DNA of 64,000 bases from Geopsychrobacteraceae bacterium (GCA_963676795.2 CAXXTB010000002.1:1280001-1344000), one strand, 5' to 3'. Positions 34,664 through 45,501 are shown, counted from the stretch's first letter. Program-made: numbers and translations. The notes: generated by a model from the sequence alone, not told the origin.

Positions 34664-37066
34664 ATGATTGTTACATATAACTGGCTGAAAGAATTTGTTG
34701 ATTTTGACTTTTCTGCGCAGGAGCTCTGCGACCGACTGACCATGGCCGGTCTTGAGGTCGATAGCATGGTTGAAATCGGTGGCGGGCTCGACAGCGTCAT
34801 TGTCGCCAAGCTGGAAGCCGTTGAGCGCCATCCTGACGCCGATCGCCTGACTGTCTGTCAGGTCAACAACGGTACGGATGTTGTTCAGGTCGTCTGTGGT
34901 GCGACAAATCACAAGGCTGGCGATCTGATTGCCCTGGCTCAGCCAGGTTCACTGTTGCCGGGCGACTTCAAGATCAAGAAGTCCAAGATCCGCGGTCAGG
35001 AATCTGCGGGAATGCTCTGCTCCGAAAAGGAGCTCGGACTTGCCGAGGAGTCGGAAGGGATCCTCATTCTCCCCGCTGATCTGCCGCTGGGGCGTCCTGT
35101 CTTTGAAGCGCTGGGGCTCAAGGATTATCAGATCGAAATCGGTCTGACACCAAATCGTCCGGATTGCCTGAGTGTAGTCGGCGTTGCGCGTGAGGTGGCC
35201 GCATTTGCCGGTAAGCCCGTGCAACTGCCGCAGGTTGCTGTTGCCGAATCTGGGGTCAAAATCGACGAGAAAACCTCGATTCTCATCGAGAATGAACGAG
35301 CCTGTCCGCGTTATGCTGCCCGCATGATCGATGCTGTCAGGATTGGCCCGTCTCCTGACTGGCTGGTTCGGCGTCTTGACGCTGTTGGCATGCGCTCTAT
35401 CAATAATGTTGTTGATGTCACCAACTACGTCATGATGGAACTGGGACATCCACTGCACGCCTTCGATTTCACCAACCTCGAACAGGGTCGAATTGTTGTT
35501 AAATCAGCTCAGCAGGGTGCAAAATTCACGACTCTGGACGATCAGGAACATGTTCTGACCGCAGATGACCTGATGATCTGTGATGGTGTCAAGCCTGTAG
35601 CGCTTGCCGGCGTCATGGGGGGGCTGAATTCCGAGGTTCAGGATACGACAGCGACGATTCTGCTTGAAGCTGCCTACTTTGAAGCGACCGGCATCCGGCG
35701 CACCAGCAAGCGTTTTGGCCTGCATACCGAAGCGTCTCACCGCTTTGAGCGCGGTGCAGATATCGATATGGTTCCGGTCGCACTCGATCGGGCTGCCAGC
35801 CTGATTGCAGAGTTGTCCGGTGGGGCCGTACTGCAGGGCGTTATCGATAACTATCCAGCAGCATTGAAGACACCGGTTCTGTCGCTTGGTGTGGCCAGGA
35901 CCTGTCAGTTGCTCGATATTCAGCTTGATGCTGAGGGGATTGCGGCCTTGCTGACCGGCATCGGCCTGGTTGTCGAGACGCTCGATGCCGAGCGTCTGCA
36001 GGTGACCGTTCCAAGCTTCAGGCCTGATCTCGAGCGAGAAATTGACCTGATTGAGGAAGTTGCACGGCTCTATGGGTACTCGCGCATTCCGGTGACCATG
36101 CCGGGCGGAGCCATTGACGCAAAGTTGCCCCCAAAGAAGCAGCGGGTACAGAAGGCACTGCGTCATCTGATGGCCTCTTCAGGTTTCTCTGAAGCGATGA
36201 ATTACTCTTTTATCGCCCGTGAAGCGCTTAGAAAAATCGGCCTGGCGGAGGGCGATCCACGCTTGTCACTGATCGGGATTCTGAATCCCCTGTCTGAGGA
36301 TCAGGCGGTTATGCGCACCTCGCATGTTCCCAGCCTGCTTGAAACCGTTGCGCGGAACCTGAATTATCGGAGTCTTGACCTGCGTCTTTTCGAGTTGCGT
36401 CCGGTCTTTACCTCCGCCGAAAATGGTGCAATCGTTGAAAAACTGACCCTTTCTGCTGTCATGACTGGTCGCCGTCAGCCTGAAGGCTGGTGCCAATCCT
36501 CTGAGGCTGTTGATTTTTACGATATCAAGGGGGTCGTCGAAACACTGCTGTCTGAACTGAAGATCGGTGGTGTTGCATTCAGTGCTGAGGCGACACAGCC
36601 TTATCTGCATCCGGGCAAATCCTGTCAACTGTTCAGTGGCGAAAAGTCACTCGGATTTTTCGGCGAGGTTCATCCGCAGGTTACCGCCAACTTCGAAATC
36701 GATCAGACCGTGTATCTGCTGGAGATCGATGTCGAAACGCTCGTTGGTCTTGCTGCAGATGAAACGAAATACAAGCAGTTGTCTAAATTTCCGGATATGA
36801 GTCGTGACAGTGCGTTGTTGCTCGATGCCACTATCGATGCTGCACAGGTTCTCGATATCGTTTCCAGTTCAAAGGCGAAACTGATTGAAAGTGTTACGAT
36901 TTTTGATGTCTATACGGGGCAGGGTATTCCCGCAGGAAAGAAGAGTCTGGCGCTGCGAATCCGCTATCGTGATCTCGACAAGACGCTGACCGAAGAAGAG
37001 GTGAGCAAGGCTCATAATAAAGTTATTAATTCGATCTGCCATCAATTGGCGGCAGAAATTCGCTGA
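34664..37066 (+). CDS. pheT: Phenylalanine--tRNA ligase beta subunit
   Basis: HPDADRL, TPNRPDCLS, RFERG, DLIEEVAR, KKSLA. Confidence 0.97.
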   Translation: MIVTYNWLKEFVDFDFSAQELCDRLTMAGLEVDSMVEIGGGLDSVIVAKLEAVERHPDADRLTVCQVNNGTDVVQVVCGATNHKAGDLIALAQPGSLLPGDFKIKKSKIRGQESAGMLCSEKELGLAEESEGILILPADLPLGRPVFEALGLKDYQIEIGLTPNRPDCLSVVGVAREVAAFAGKPVQLPQVAVAESGVKIDEKTSILIENERACPRYAARMIDAVRIGPSPDWLVRRLDAVGMRSINNVVDVTNYVMMELGHPLHAFDFTNLEQGRIVVKSAQQGAKFTTLDDQEHVLTADDLMICDGVKPVALAGVMGGLNSEVQDTTATILLEAAYFEATGIRRTSKRFGLHTEASHRFERGADIDMVPVALDRAASLIAELSGGAVLQGVIDNYPAALKTPVLSLGVARTCQLLDIQLDAEGIAALLTGIGLVVETLDAERLQVTVPSFRPDLEREIDLIEEVARLYGYSRIPVTMPGGAIDAKLPPKKQRVQKALRHLMASSGFSEAMNYSFIAREALRKIGLAEGDPRLSLIGILNPLSEDQAVMRTSHVPSLLETVARNLNYRSLDLRLFELRPVFTSAENGAIVEKLTLSAVMTGRRQPEGWCQSSEAVDFYDIKGVVETLLSELKIGGVAFSAEATQPYLHPGKSCQLFSGEKSLGFFGEVHPQVTANFEIDQTVYLLEIDVETLVGLAADETKYKQLSKFPDMSRDSALLLDATIDAAQVLDIVSSSKAKLIESVTIFDVYTGQGIPAGKKSLALRIRYRDLDKTLTEEEVSKAHNKVINSICHQLAAEIR

Positions 37067-37161
37067 TGAAGCTTGCAGAGCCACTGGCGCTGTGATATAA
37101 GTCTTGAAAAATCAGATAGATACTAAATCTTTTTTGGCTCTCAGAAACTCGGGAGGGATAT

Positions 37162-37443
37162 ATGACCAAAGCTGACCTGATCGAAAATGTTTACCTGACT
37201 ACAGGTTTTTCTAAAAAAGAATCCGCTGCTATTGTCGAAATGGTATTTGATATCATGAAATCGACTCTGGAAAACGGCGAGAAGATAAAAATTGCTGGCT
37301 TTGGCAACTTCGTTGTCAAAGAAAAAGCCTCTCGTCGTGGGCGTAACCCTCAAACTGGCAGTGAAATTGAAATTACCGCCAGAAAAATCCTGACTTTTAA
37401 ACCAAGCCAGGTCCTGAAAGCTTCGATTAACGAAAATGAATAG
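37162..37443 (+). CDS. ihfA: Integration host factor subunit alpha
   Basis: GFGNF...GRNPQTG; downstream of pheT. Confidence 0.92.
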   Translation: MTKADLIENVYLTTGFSKKESAAIVEMVFDIMKSTLENGEKIKIAGFGNFVVKEKASRRGRNPQTGSEIEITARKILTFKPSQVLKASINENE

Positions 37444-37460
37444 TTGATTGAGTTGTCGCG

Positions 37461-37811
37461 GTGGTTGAAATTCCGGAAAAACTCTATTTTAAAATTGGTG
37501 AGGTTGCAGCCCTGCTTGACGTCAAGACACACGTCCTGCGTTACTGGGAGACCGAATTCCGGCAGTTGCAACCGGTAAAAAGTCCTTCGAATCAGCGCTT
37601 ATATCGCCGTAAGGACGTAGAAATAGCCCTGTCGATCAGAGACCTTCTGTATCGACGGGGCTTTACTATCACTGGTGCCCGCAAGCAACTGACTCGGGAA
37701 CTGTCCGGAGAGTTGGTCGCAGATCTGCTCTCACCGGCAGAAATTCTTGAGCAGGTCAAATCAGAGCTGCTGGCGATGCGTCAGCGTCTTTTATCTTCTC
37801 CCGTTGAATGA
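37461..37811 (+). CDS. MerR family HTH regulator
   Basis: YFKIGEVA...[10 protein letters not shown]...GFTITGA; conserved position after ihfA. Confidence 0.88.
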   Translation: MVEIPEKLYFKIGEVAALLDVKTHVLRYWETEFRQLQPVKSPSNQRLYRRKDVEIALSIRDLLYRRGFTITGARKQLTRELSGELVADLLSPAEILEQVKSELLAMRQRLLSSPVE

Positions 37812-37818
37812 TTTATCG

Positions 37819-38574
37819 ATGCTGATCCTTGTCACCAACGACGATGGTATCCGTTCGCCCGGACTGCTCGCTCTGGCCGATTCGATGGGGACCCTCGGCG
37901 AGGTTGTTGTCGTTGCCCCGGATCGTAACCGAAGTGCTGTCGGTCATGCTCTGACCCTTGATCAACCATTGAGGGCTGATTTAGTCGAAGAAAATCACTA
38001 TGCCGTTGATGGAACCCCGACCGATTGTGTCAATTTGGGAATTCATGGATTATTGAAGCGCAAGCCGGACCTGGTGGTTTCCGGGATCAATCGTGGCAGT
38101 AATCTGGGGGACGACATAACCTATTCCGGGACTGTCAGTGCAGCTCTTGAGGCCAACCTGATGGGCTTGCCCGCCTTTGCCGTGTCGCTCGATGTCGCAA
38201 ATTTTAATCACCAGGATCTTGCCGTTGCCTGTGAGGCTTCAGTGATAATTGCCAGGAAGATACTCAGCGAAGGTCTCGAGCCTGGAGTTTTCCTCAATGT
38301 CAATGTTCCTTCCGGTGGCGCTGCCGGAATGAAGCTGACCAGGCAGGGACGCCGTCGCTACGGCGAAGCTATCGTCATGAACCAGGATCCTCGTGGCCGG
38401 GCATATTACTGGCTTGGGGGCGAAAATCTCGGCTATGAGGATATCCCCGATTCGGATTGTGCGGCCATCGAGCAGGGGCTGATTTCGGTGACGCCGCTGC
38501 ACGCGGATATGACCCATGAAAATTCTCTGAATAAACTCAATGCCTGGCTGGAGCAGGAAGGGTACAACCGATAA
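37819..38574 (+). CDS. surE: 5'/3'-nucleotidase SurE
   Basis: ILVTNDDG, GTPTDCV, SGINRGSNLG, YSGTV. Confidence 0.96.
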   Translation: MLILVTNDDGIRSPGLLALADSMGTLGEVVVVAPDRNRSAVGHALTLDQPLRADLVEENHYAVDGTPTDCVNLGIHGLLKRKPDLVVSGINRGSNLGDDITYSGTVSAALEANLMGLPAFAVSLDVANFNHQDLAVACEASVIIARKILSEGLEPGVFLNVNVPSGGAAGMKLTRQGRRRYGEAIVMNQDPRGRAYYWLGGENLGYEDIPDSDCAAIEQGLISVTPLHADMTHENSLNKLNAWLEQEGYNR

Positions 38575-39227
38575 TGGATTTCTCGATAGCCCGTAGACGG
38601 ATGGTTGAAAGTCAGATAGTGGCCCGCGGAATCACCGACCAGCGTGTCCTCAAGGTCATGGCCAGCATTCCTCGCCACCTTTTTGTTGAACCCGGACTGC
38701 ATGGCCACGCCTATGCCGATTCGTCTCTGCCTATCGGTGAAAAGCAAACAATCTCTCAGCCTTATATTGTTGCGGCAATGAGTGCAGCCCTCGAATTGAA
38801 AGGGGATGAACGCCTCCTTGAGGTCGGGACCGGTTCCGGTTATCAGACGGCCATACTGGCCAGCCTGGCCAAGCGTGTCTATTCCGTGGAGCGTATTGCC
38901 TCGCTCGCAGCACGGGCGCGCAAGGTCCTTGATCAGTTGCAGATCAGTAACGTCAATATTAAGGTTGGTGATGGCACCATCGGCTGGCAGGATCAGGCGC
39001 CTTTTGACGGAATTCTGGTTGCGGCCGGTTCTCCCGATGTGCCGCTCAGGTATCTTGAGCAGCTGGTCGTCGGTGGCAAGCTGGTGATGCCGGTTGGCGG
39101 GATTGACGAACAGGTTCTGATCCGTGTGGTCAAGACCGCAGAGGATCAGTTCCGTAAGGATGTTCTGATGGGATGTCGTTTTGTTCCGCTGATCGGCGAA
39201 CAGGGCTGGCCGCAGAATTCCATCTGA
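38574..39227 (+). CDS. pcm: Protein-L-isoaspartate O-methyltransferase
   Basis: QTISQP, LEVGTGSGYQ, FVPL. Confidence 0.95.
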   Translation: MDFSIARRRMVESQIVARGITDQRVLKVMASIPRHLFVEPGLHGHAYADSSLPIGEKQTISQPYIVAAMSAALELKGDERLLEVGTGSGYQTAILASLAKRVYSVERIASLAARARKVLDQLQISNVNIKVGDGTIGWQDQAPFDGILVAAGSPDVPLRYLEQLVVGGKLVMPVGGIDEQVLIRVVKTAEDQFRKDVLMGCRFVPLIGEQGWPQNSI

Positions 39228-39228
39228 T

Positions 39229-39822
39229 ATGAGAGTCTTCAGGCGCCTGTACGATTGGGTTTTGAGTTGGTCCGATAGCCGCTATGCGGTGCCAATCCTT
39301 GGCCTGCTGTCCTTTGCCGAAGCCAGTTTTTTTCCCATTCCGCCGGATGTGCTGTTGATGGCCCTGGCCCTGTCCCGTCCGCAACGCTCATTTCGTTATG
39401 CCTGTATCGCGTCGCTCGGTTCGGTGCTGGGGGGAATCCTCGGCTTTTGCCTTGGCTGGGCGCTCTGGGACATCATTTCTCCCTATTTTTTCAGCTATAT
39501 ACCGGGGGTCTCTGCGGCAGGATTTGAACAGGTCAGGGCGCTCTTCGCCCAGTACGGCTTCTGGGTTATTTTTGCCGCAGGCTTTACCCCGATCCCGTAC
39601 AAGATTTTTACCATCGCCGCCGGTGTTTTTCAGATTCATTTTCTGATTTTTCTTGTTGCTTCAATCATCGGCCGCAGCCTGCGCTTTTTTCTGGTTGCGG
39701 CAATTCTCTACCTGTTCGCCGACAGAGCCCGTGAATTTATCGATAAGTATTTTAATTTGCTATCCTTTCTACTTTTGATCATAATAGCTCTTGGTGTTGT
39801 ACTTTATCAGTATTACCACTAA
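39229..39822 (+). CDS. YqaA/DedA family membrane protein
   Basis: EASFFPIPPD, FTPIPYKIF, GRSLRF. Confidence 0.88.
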   Translation: MRVFRRLYDWVLSWSDSRYAVPILGLLSFAEASFFPIPPDVLLMALALSRPQRSFRYACIASLGSVLGGILGFCLGWALWDIISPYFFSYIPGVSAAGFEQVRALFAQYGFWVIFAAGFTPIPYKIFTIAAGVFQIHFLIFLVASIIGRSLRFFLVAAILYLFADRAREFIDKYFNLLSFLLLIIIALGVVLYQYYH

Positions 39823-39836
39823 CTGCGGTTTGAGGG

Positions 39837-40679
39837 ATGCCACAGCTGTCTGAACAGAAAATATCAAGATTCAATCTTCACGCTTTCGCCCTGCTGGTGT
39901 TGCTGTCGACATTGTTTGTCTTCATGCTCTGTTCGTGCTCTGCCGGTGTCTACCATACCGTTCAGCCCGGGCAGACCCTGTACCGCATCGGCAAGACCTA
40001 TAACGTCGATGAACATTACCTGGCCCGGATCAATGGGATTTCGGATCCGACGACCGTCAAGGCTGGAACCAGGCTCTATATTCCAGGAGCTGAAAAGTTA
40101 AAGCCGGTTGCAGTCTATAAAACGCAACCTGTGCCAGTTGCTTCCAAAACATCTTCAGCCAGCAAGGCAACTCCTTCTGTGCCTAAAAAGTCAACTCCTG
40201 CTAAAATATCAACTGAGCAGAAGACCTCGACTGCAAAAATTTCAGTCCCTAAGCAATTGCCGGTCAAGCAGCCCGCGCAACAGTCGGTAAAAACCGTGAC
40301 GGCAAAGAAGATTCTGCTCTGGCCGTTGCGTGGGAAGATCCTCAGCAGCTTCAGCAGTCAGGCTCAGGCAGGACGGGGGCGTGGCATCGAGATTGGTGTA
40401 AGGCTGGGAAGTGATGTTTCCGCTGCTGCTGCAGGTAAGGTCATTTACAGTGGGGATGGGGTCAACGGTTACGGTCATCTCATCATTCTCCAACATAAGG
40501 ATGATCTTTTTACAATTTATGGCTTTAACAAGCAGAATTTGGTGTCTATGGGTGATTTTGTCGGGCAGGGACAGAAGATAGCCCTTTCTGGAGTGCCTTC
40601 CAGTGGTGGCAGCCCACGTCTGCATTTTGAGGTCAGACAGGGAAAGACGCCTGTCGACCCTATTTTGTTCTTGCCTTAA
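39837..40679 (+). CDS. nlpD: LysM + M23 peptidase-family protein (NlpD-like)
   Basis: YHTVQPGQTLYRI LysM; LHFEVR..PVDP M23 with degenerate Zn ligands; upstream of rpoS. Confidence 0.8.
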   Translation: MPQLSEQKISRFNLHAFALLVLLSTLFVFMLCSCSAGVYHTVQPGQTLYRIGKTYNVDEHYLARINGISDPTTVKAGTRLYIPGAEKLKPVAVYKTQPVPVASKTSSASKATPSVPKKSTPAKISTEQKTSTAKISVPKQLPVKQPAQQSVKTVTAKKILLWPLRGKILSSFSSQAQAGRGRGIEIGVRLGSDVSAAAAGKVIYSGDGVNGYGHLIILQHKDDLFTIYGFNKQNLVSMGDFVGQGQKIALSGVPSSGGSPRLHFEVRQGKTPVDPILFLP

Positions 40680-40733
40680 GGGGAGTCGCACACATAAATT
40701 TAACATTTGGTTGATATCTGTTAAGGGGGAGTT

Positions 40734-41696
40734 ATGGCTGATTTTGATGAAGAATTCGAAGAGGAAAGTACTGAGGAAGATTTTGATGGCTTTTCTGAAA
40801 TCGATGCGGATGACGTCGAAGATGATTCGGCCGAAGAGGATAAAACCTACGAGGTCGATGAAGAACCCAGTACTGCTGATGCAATAAAGATCTATCTGAA
40901 AGATATTCAGAAGAGTAAGCTCCTGACGGCTGCCGAAGAGTGTGAGCTGGCGGAGAAAATCGCCGTCGGTGATGATCAGGCACGGGCCCGGATGATTGAA
41001 TCGAACCTGAGACTGGTCGTTAAAATTGCCAAGCGCTACATGAACAGGGGACTGCCGTTTCTCGATCTGATCGAGGAAGGCAATATGGGGCTGATCAAGG
41101 CCGTAGAAAAATTCAAGGTGAGCAAAGGCTGTCGGTTCTCGACCTATGCGACCTGGTGGATACGTCAGTCTATCGAGCGTTCGCTGGTCAATCAGAGTCG
41201 TACGATTCGTTTGCCGGTCCATGTCGCTGATGATATCAATAAGCTGCTGAAGGTCAGCCGCGAGCTTGTTCACCGTCTGAAACGCGATCCGGAGCCGGAC
41301 GAGATTGCTGAGGCCATGGGGGCGGATGCGAACCACGTCCGGCGGATGCTTGTTCTGGTGAAAAAGACCTATTCGATTGAGCATCCGCTCGGAGACAACG
41401 AGGACTACAGCCTGATCGACACCATCGAGGACAAGAATATGGTCGATCCGGGAACCATGATTGAGGATCTTGACCGCTATGCTCATGTCATGAGCTGGCT
41501 GGATGGATTGAACGAAAACGAGCGTGAGATCCTGGCTTTGCGCTTCGGTCTTGATGATCGTGAGCCTCAGACTCTCGATACCATCGGCCAGCAGTTCGGA
41601 GTTACACGTGAGCGGATCCGTCAGATCGAGGCAAAAAGTCTGGCAAAATTGCGTAAAACTGTTGAAGATCAACAGTCGAAAGAAGGCACACAATAA
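40734..41696 (+). CDS. rpoS: RNA polymerase sigma factor RpoS
   Basis: [35 protein letters not shown]; surE-pcm-nlpD context. Confidence 0.88.
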   Translation: MADFDEEFEEESTEEDFDGFSEIDADDVEDDSAEEDKTYEVDEEPSTADAIKIYLKDIQKSKLLTAAEECELAEKIAVGDDQARARMIESNLRLVVKIAKRYMNRGLPFLDLIEEGNMGLIKAVEKFKVSKGCRFSTYATWWIRQSIERSLVNQSRTIRLPVHVADDINKLLKVSRELVHRLKRDPEPDEIAEAMGADANHVRRMLVLVKKTYSIEHPLGDNEDYSLIDTIEDKNMVDPGTMIEDLDRYAHVMSWLDGLNENEREILALRFGLDDREPQTLDTIGQQFGVTRERIRQIEAKSLAKLRKTVEDQQSKEGTQ

Positions 41697-41714
41697 TTTA
41701 GCGGAGTTTGATAA

Positions 41715-42230
41715 ATGGAAGATTTGAAGCAAGTCATTCGGGATATCCCCGATTTCCCCAAAAAAGGAATTATTTTCAAGGATATTACAACACTTCTTGC
41801 CGATGCAAAAAGCTTTCATCGGCTGGTTGATCTGATGGCTCACCGCTATATCGGCGAAAAAATTGACCAGGTTGTCGGCATTGAAGCGCGTGGTTTCATT
41901 CTCGGTGCTGCTCTCGCCTACAAGCTCGGCACCGGAATCACCCTGGTGCGCAAGTCCGGTAAGCTGCCTTATAAAACCAGAAGTATCAGTTATGACCTGG
42001 AATACGGGTCGGATACGCTGGAGATTCATGAGGATGCGTTTAAGCCGGGAGACCGTGTCATTGTTGCCGATGACCTGCTGGCAACTGGGGGAACTATGGC
42101 TGCAGTTGTCGATCTGATAAAAAATGCTGGCGCAGAGCTGCATGAATGTGCTTTTATGGCCGAACTTGAGTTCCTGAACGGCCGCAGCAAACTGCCTGAA
42201 GGTAAAGTTTACAGTCTTTTGAAGTTCTGA
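41715..42230 (+). CDS. apt: Adenine phosphoribosyltransferase
   Basis: [28 protein letters not shown]. Confidence 0.96.
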   Translation: MEDLKQVIRDIPDFPKKGIIFKDITTLLADAKSFHRLVDLMAHRYIGEKIDQVVGIEARGFILGAALAYKLGTGITLVRKSGKLPYKTRSISYDLEYGSDTLEIHEDAFKPGDRVIVADDLLATGGTMAAVVDLIKNAGAELHECAFMAELEFLNGRSKLPEGKVYSLLKF

Positions 42231-42256
42231 TGACAAACTAATCCACATCTAAATAC

Positions 42257-42333
42257 GACTCCGTAGCTCAGCTGGATAGAGCACTTCCCTCCTAAGGAAG
42301 GGGTCACTGGTTCGAATCCAGTCGGGGTCGCCA
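42257..42333 (+). tRNA. tRNA-Arg(CCT)
   Basis: Anticodon arm CTTCC-CTCCTAA-GGAAG; TTCGAAT; CCA. Confidence 0.96.
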
Positions 42334-42349
42334 TACTCAAGGAAATCAT

Positions 42350-43696
42350 ATGAACTTAGCAATTGTTGGAACCGGATACGTCGGTCTGGTCAGTGGCGCC
42401 TGCTTCGCCGAGATGGGCAATCGCGTCTACTGCGTGGATGTCGATCAGGCGAAGATTGACGGTTTGCAACAGGGCCGCCTGCCGATTTACGAACCGGGTC
42501 TTGAGCCGATCGTCAAAAGAAATTTTGAAGAAGGGCGGCTGCGTTTTACGACCAGTCTGGGCGAGGCAATGGAAGAGGCGAGTCTTCTCTTCATCGCTGT
42601 CGGGACCCCTCCGGGCGATGATGGTTCAGCTGATCTGAAATATGTTCTGGCTGTTGCCCGGCAGATCGGTCAATTGATGACGGACTATTGTGTCATTGTT
42701 GACAAGTCGACGGTTCCCGTCGGCACTGCCGAGAAGGTCAGTGCTGCGATTCAGGAGGAACTGGACAAGCGCGGTGTTGCCATTCCTTTTGACGTCGTCA
42801 GTAATCCGGAATTCCTCAAGGAGGGGGCCGCGATCGATGATTTCATGAAGCCGGACCGGATTGTTGTCGGTACGGATAGTGAAAAGGCCAAAGGGGTCAT
42901 GCATCAGCTCTATGCTCCCTTCAACCGGAATCACGAAAGAACCCTTTTTATGGGGGTTCGCGATGCCGAAATGACCAAGTATGCTGCCAATTCCATGCTG
43001 GCGACGAAGATTTCATTCATCAATGAAATTGCGACTCTCTGTGAGATGATGAATGTCGATGTCGAAAATGTCAGACGGGGGATCGGCTCAGACAGTCGGA
43101 TCGGATTTTCCTTTATCTATCCCGGCTGTGGTTACGGCGGTTCCTGTTTTCCCAAGGATGTTCAGGCGCTGGTGCGCATGGCTGAAGATCTTGACTTCGA
43201 GCCGGAAGTTCTACGTTCGGTAGAAACGCGCAACAAACTGCAAAAGCAGTGGTTTACCAGGCAGACGGAAAAACGCTTCGGGTCTGACCTCGCGGGGCTT
43301 AAATTCGCGGTCTGGGGGTTGGCTTTCAAGCCGGGTACGGACGATATGCGCGAAGCGCCGGCAAAGGTTCTTTTAGCCGATTTGATTGCTGCCGGGGCTA
43401 CGATTTCAGCCTATGATCCGATCGCCATGGATGTTGCCAAAAAGGAGCTGCCGGCTGAGTGGTTTGAAACCGGGGCTCTGACTCTGGCCAAAAATCAGTA
43501 TGAAGCGCTGGAGGCTGCCGATGCTCTGATTCTGGTGACGGAATGGAAGCCGTTCAGAAATCCCGATCTGGAAGCTTTGCGGCGCATGATGAAGCAGAAG
43601 ATCATTTTTGACGGACGCAATCAGTACGATCCAGAGACGATGACTGAAGAAGGTTTCGAGTATTTCGGGGTTGGCCGGACTCATTATAACGTTTAG
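42350..43696 (+). CDS. ugd: UDP-glucose 6-dehydrogenase
   Basis: [30 protein letters not shown]. Confidence 0.93.
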   Translation: MNLAIVGTGYVGLVSGACFAEMGNRVYCVDVDQAKIDGLQQGRLPIYEPGLEPIVKRNFEEGRLRFTTSLGEAMEEASLLFIAVGTPPGDDGSADLKYVLAVARQIGQLMTDYCVIVDKSTVPVGTAEKVSAAIQEELDKRGVAIPFDVVSNPEFLKEGAAIDDFMKPDRIVVGTDSEKAKGVMHQLYAPFNRNHERTLFMGVRDAEMTKYAANSMLATKISFINEIATLCEMMNVDVENVRRGIGSDSRIGFSFIYPGCGYGGSCFPKDVQALVRMAEDLDFEPEVLRSVETRNKLQKQWFTRQTEKRFGSDLAGLKFAVWGLAFKPGTDDMREAPAKVLLADLIAAGATISAYDPIAMDVAKKELPAEWFETGALTLAKNQYEALEAADALILVTEWKPFRNPDLEALRRMMKQKIIFDGRNQYDPETMTEEGFEYFGVGRTHYNV

Positions 43697-43708
43697 TAAG
43701 GTTTTTCG

Positions 43709-43738
43709 TTGACAACCTTTCGGGATCTTTGGTATATC
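43709..43738 (+). promoter_or_regulatory. sigma70 promoter of tRNA-Val
   Basis: TTGACA-N18-TATATC with TG extension. Confidence 0.5.
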
Positions 43739-43750
43739 CAAGCTCCCTTC

Positions 43751-43826
43751 GGGCGAATAGCTCAGCTGGGAGAGCGCCTGCCTTACAAGCAGGATGTCGG
43801 GGGTTCGAGCCCCTCTTCGCCCACCA
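43751..43826 (+). tRNA. tRNA-Val(TAC)
   Basis: Anticodon arm CCTGC-CTTACAA-GCAGG; TTCGA; CCA. Confidence 0.96.
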
Positions 43827-43836
43827 TAAAAAAATG

Positions 43837-43864
43837 AAAAAGGCTCCTTCCGGGAGCCTTTTTT
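43837..43864 (+). terminator. Terminator after tRNA-Val
   Basis: AAAAAGGCTCC-TTCCG-GGAGCCTTTTTT. Confidence 0.8.
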
Positions 43865-43885
43865 CGTTCAGGCCGAATATCGCAG

Positions 43886-44548
43886 GTGATGATGAATCAG
43901 GATAAGACAGCGATAACGATATCCGACTGGGGTTTGCTCGATTATGCACAGGCTCTCAGTAGGCAGATGGAACTGCTTGCCATGCGCCTTGATGGACAAA
44001 CCGGTGATCATCTGGTTCTGGTTGAGCATCCGGCGACCGTAACTCTGGGGCGCAGAGGCAGTTCCGCAGATCTGCTTCTTGATGAAGCGCTTTTCGCAGC
44101 TCGGGGAATTACCCTGGAGCGGATCAGGAGAGGCGGGATGGCGACGGCACATGAGCCGGGTCAACTCGTCGTCTATCCGATAGTTGCCCTGAAAAAGAAG
44201 GATATCCGCTGGTACGCCGATGGTGTGCTCGGCGCGGTTATCGACCTGCTCGCAGATTACGGCGTCCAGGGGGTGTTGAAACCGGGTGAACCTGGAGTCT
44301 GGGTCGCCGGCAAAAAAATCTGCAGTTTCGGGATCGCGCTGAAAAAGTGGATCTCCTGTCATGGTGCCGCCGTCAACCTGAACAACAGCCTCGAGACCTT
44401 CACAACGATCATCCCCTGTGGCCATCAGGCTGAGGTTGTCACGTCGCTCAGTGCGGAGCTTGGACGTCCGGTCGATATGATTGAAGCCAAACGATTGTAC
44501 GTTCAGCATTTCTGTGAAAGATTCAGCTACTTTCCAAAGAAATTATAG
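43886..44548 (+). CDS. lipB: Lipoyl(octanoyl) transferase LipB
   Basis: LVEHPAT.TLG, RGGMATAHEPGQLVVYP, KKICSFG, HGAAVN, PCG. Confidence 0.9.
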   Translation: MMMNQDKTAITISDWGLLDYAQALSRQMELLAMRLDGQTGDHLVLVEHPATVTLGRRGSSADLLLDEALFAARGITLERIRRGGMATAHEPGQLVVYPIVALKKKDIRWYADGVLGAVIDLLADYGVQGVLKPGEPGVWVAGKKICSFGIALKKWISCHGAAVNLNNSLETFTTIIPCGHQAEVVTSLSAELGRPVDMIEAKRLYVQHFCERFSYFPKKL

Positions 44549-44621
44549 TATTTTTTTGAATGAATTAATCTTTTAGGTCTGCTAGTATTAAAGATTATTA
44601 TTCGATTCTAGGGAGTCATGA

Positions 44622-45479
44622 ATGACAACTGATTTTCAGACTGTAGTAAAATCAATCCGCGATCTGCCGCCCATGCCGGCTGTTGCGGTTAAGGTTATGG
44701 AACTTTTGGCTGATCCGAACGTCAATTACGGCAAGCTTGGGGCTACGATCTCCAGCGATCCTGCCGTTTCTGCCCGTTTGCTCAAGGTTGCCAATTCCGC
44801 CTTTTACAGTATGAAGCGGCAGATAAAAACTCTCGATCACGCTATCGCGATAGTCGGTGAGCGGACATTGCGCAGTCTGGTTCTGGCGGCAAGCCTCGAG
44901 GGGATGAACAAGTCGTACGGGCTGCTCGAAAAATTGCTCTGGGAAGATGCCATGGGCTGTGCGATCGGATCCCGGATTCTGGCCCGTAAATTTAACACTG
45001 TCGATGCAGAAGAGGCCTTTCTGGCCGGTTTGTTCCGCCATCTGGGCAAAATCATCATGAACTACAGTGATCCAGAAGCCTACCGGGCTTTGGTCGAAGC
45101 TCTCTATTGTGAAGGAGGTAGTGCCAGGGACCTCGAAGGCAAGTATTTTACTTATGCGCATGCCGTGGTTGGAGCTGCGGTGCTGGACAAGTGGAACTTC
45201 AATCGTAATCTGGTGATGTGCACCCTTCATCATGAAGATCTGTTGATCGATCCTGATGAAGAGGGGGCTGATGCCATGCTGAAGCTGACCGCAACCATTA
45301 ACCTGTCAGACTTCATCTGTGCCCGGTTGGGAATAGGGCAGCGTCAACCGCAGGACGATCTGGTCATTGAAGATAACCCCGGGGTCAAGGTTTTGAACCT
45401 GTCGAACGAAGAGGTTGAGTCGGCGCTGCAGGAAATTGAAGCGGTCTTTAACGACAACCGTGATTATTTCATAAACTAA
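44622..45479 (+). CDS. Stand-alone HDOD domain protein
   Basis: LPPMP, DPAVSARLLKVANSAFY, AFLAGL..LGK. Confidence 0.88.
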   Translation: MTTDFQTVVKSIRDLPPMPAVAVKVMELLADPNVNYGKLGATISSDPAVSARLLKVANSAFYSMKRQIKTLDHAIAIVGERTLRSLVLAASLEGMNKSYGLLEKLLWEDAMGCAIGSRILARKFNTVDAEEAFLAGLFRHLGKIIMNYSDPEAYRALVEALYCEGGSARDLEGKYFTYAHAVVGAAVLDKWNFNRNLVMCTLHHEDLLIDPDEEGADAMLKLTATINLSDFICARLGIGQRQPQDDLVIEDNPGVKVLNLSNEEVESALQEIEAVFNDNRDYFIN

Positions 45480-45501
45480 CAGTTTGTTTTGTCTCGCTTA
45501 C

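Noticed and set aside
40242..42248. 668-aa antisense ORF, and other long antisense ORFs such as 24720-26195, 26681-27877, 20629-21696 and 6589-7614
   Set aside because: They lie opposite well-conserved housekeeping genes and show no recognisable motifs; these are shadow ORFs from codon bias
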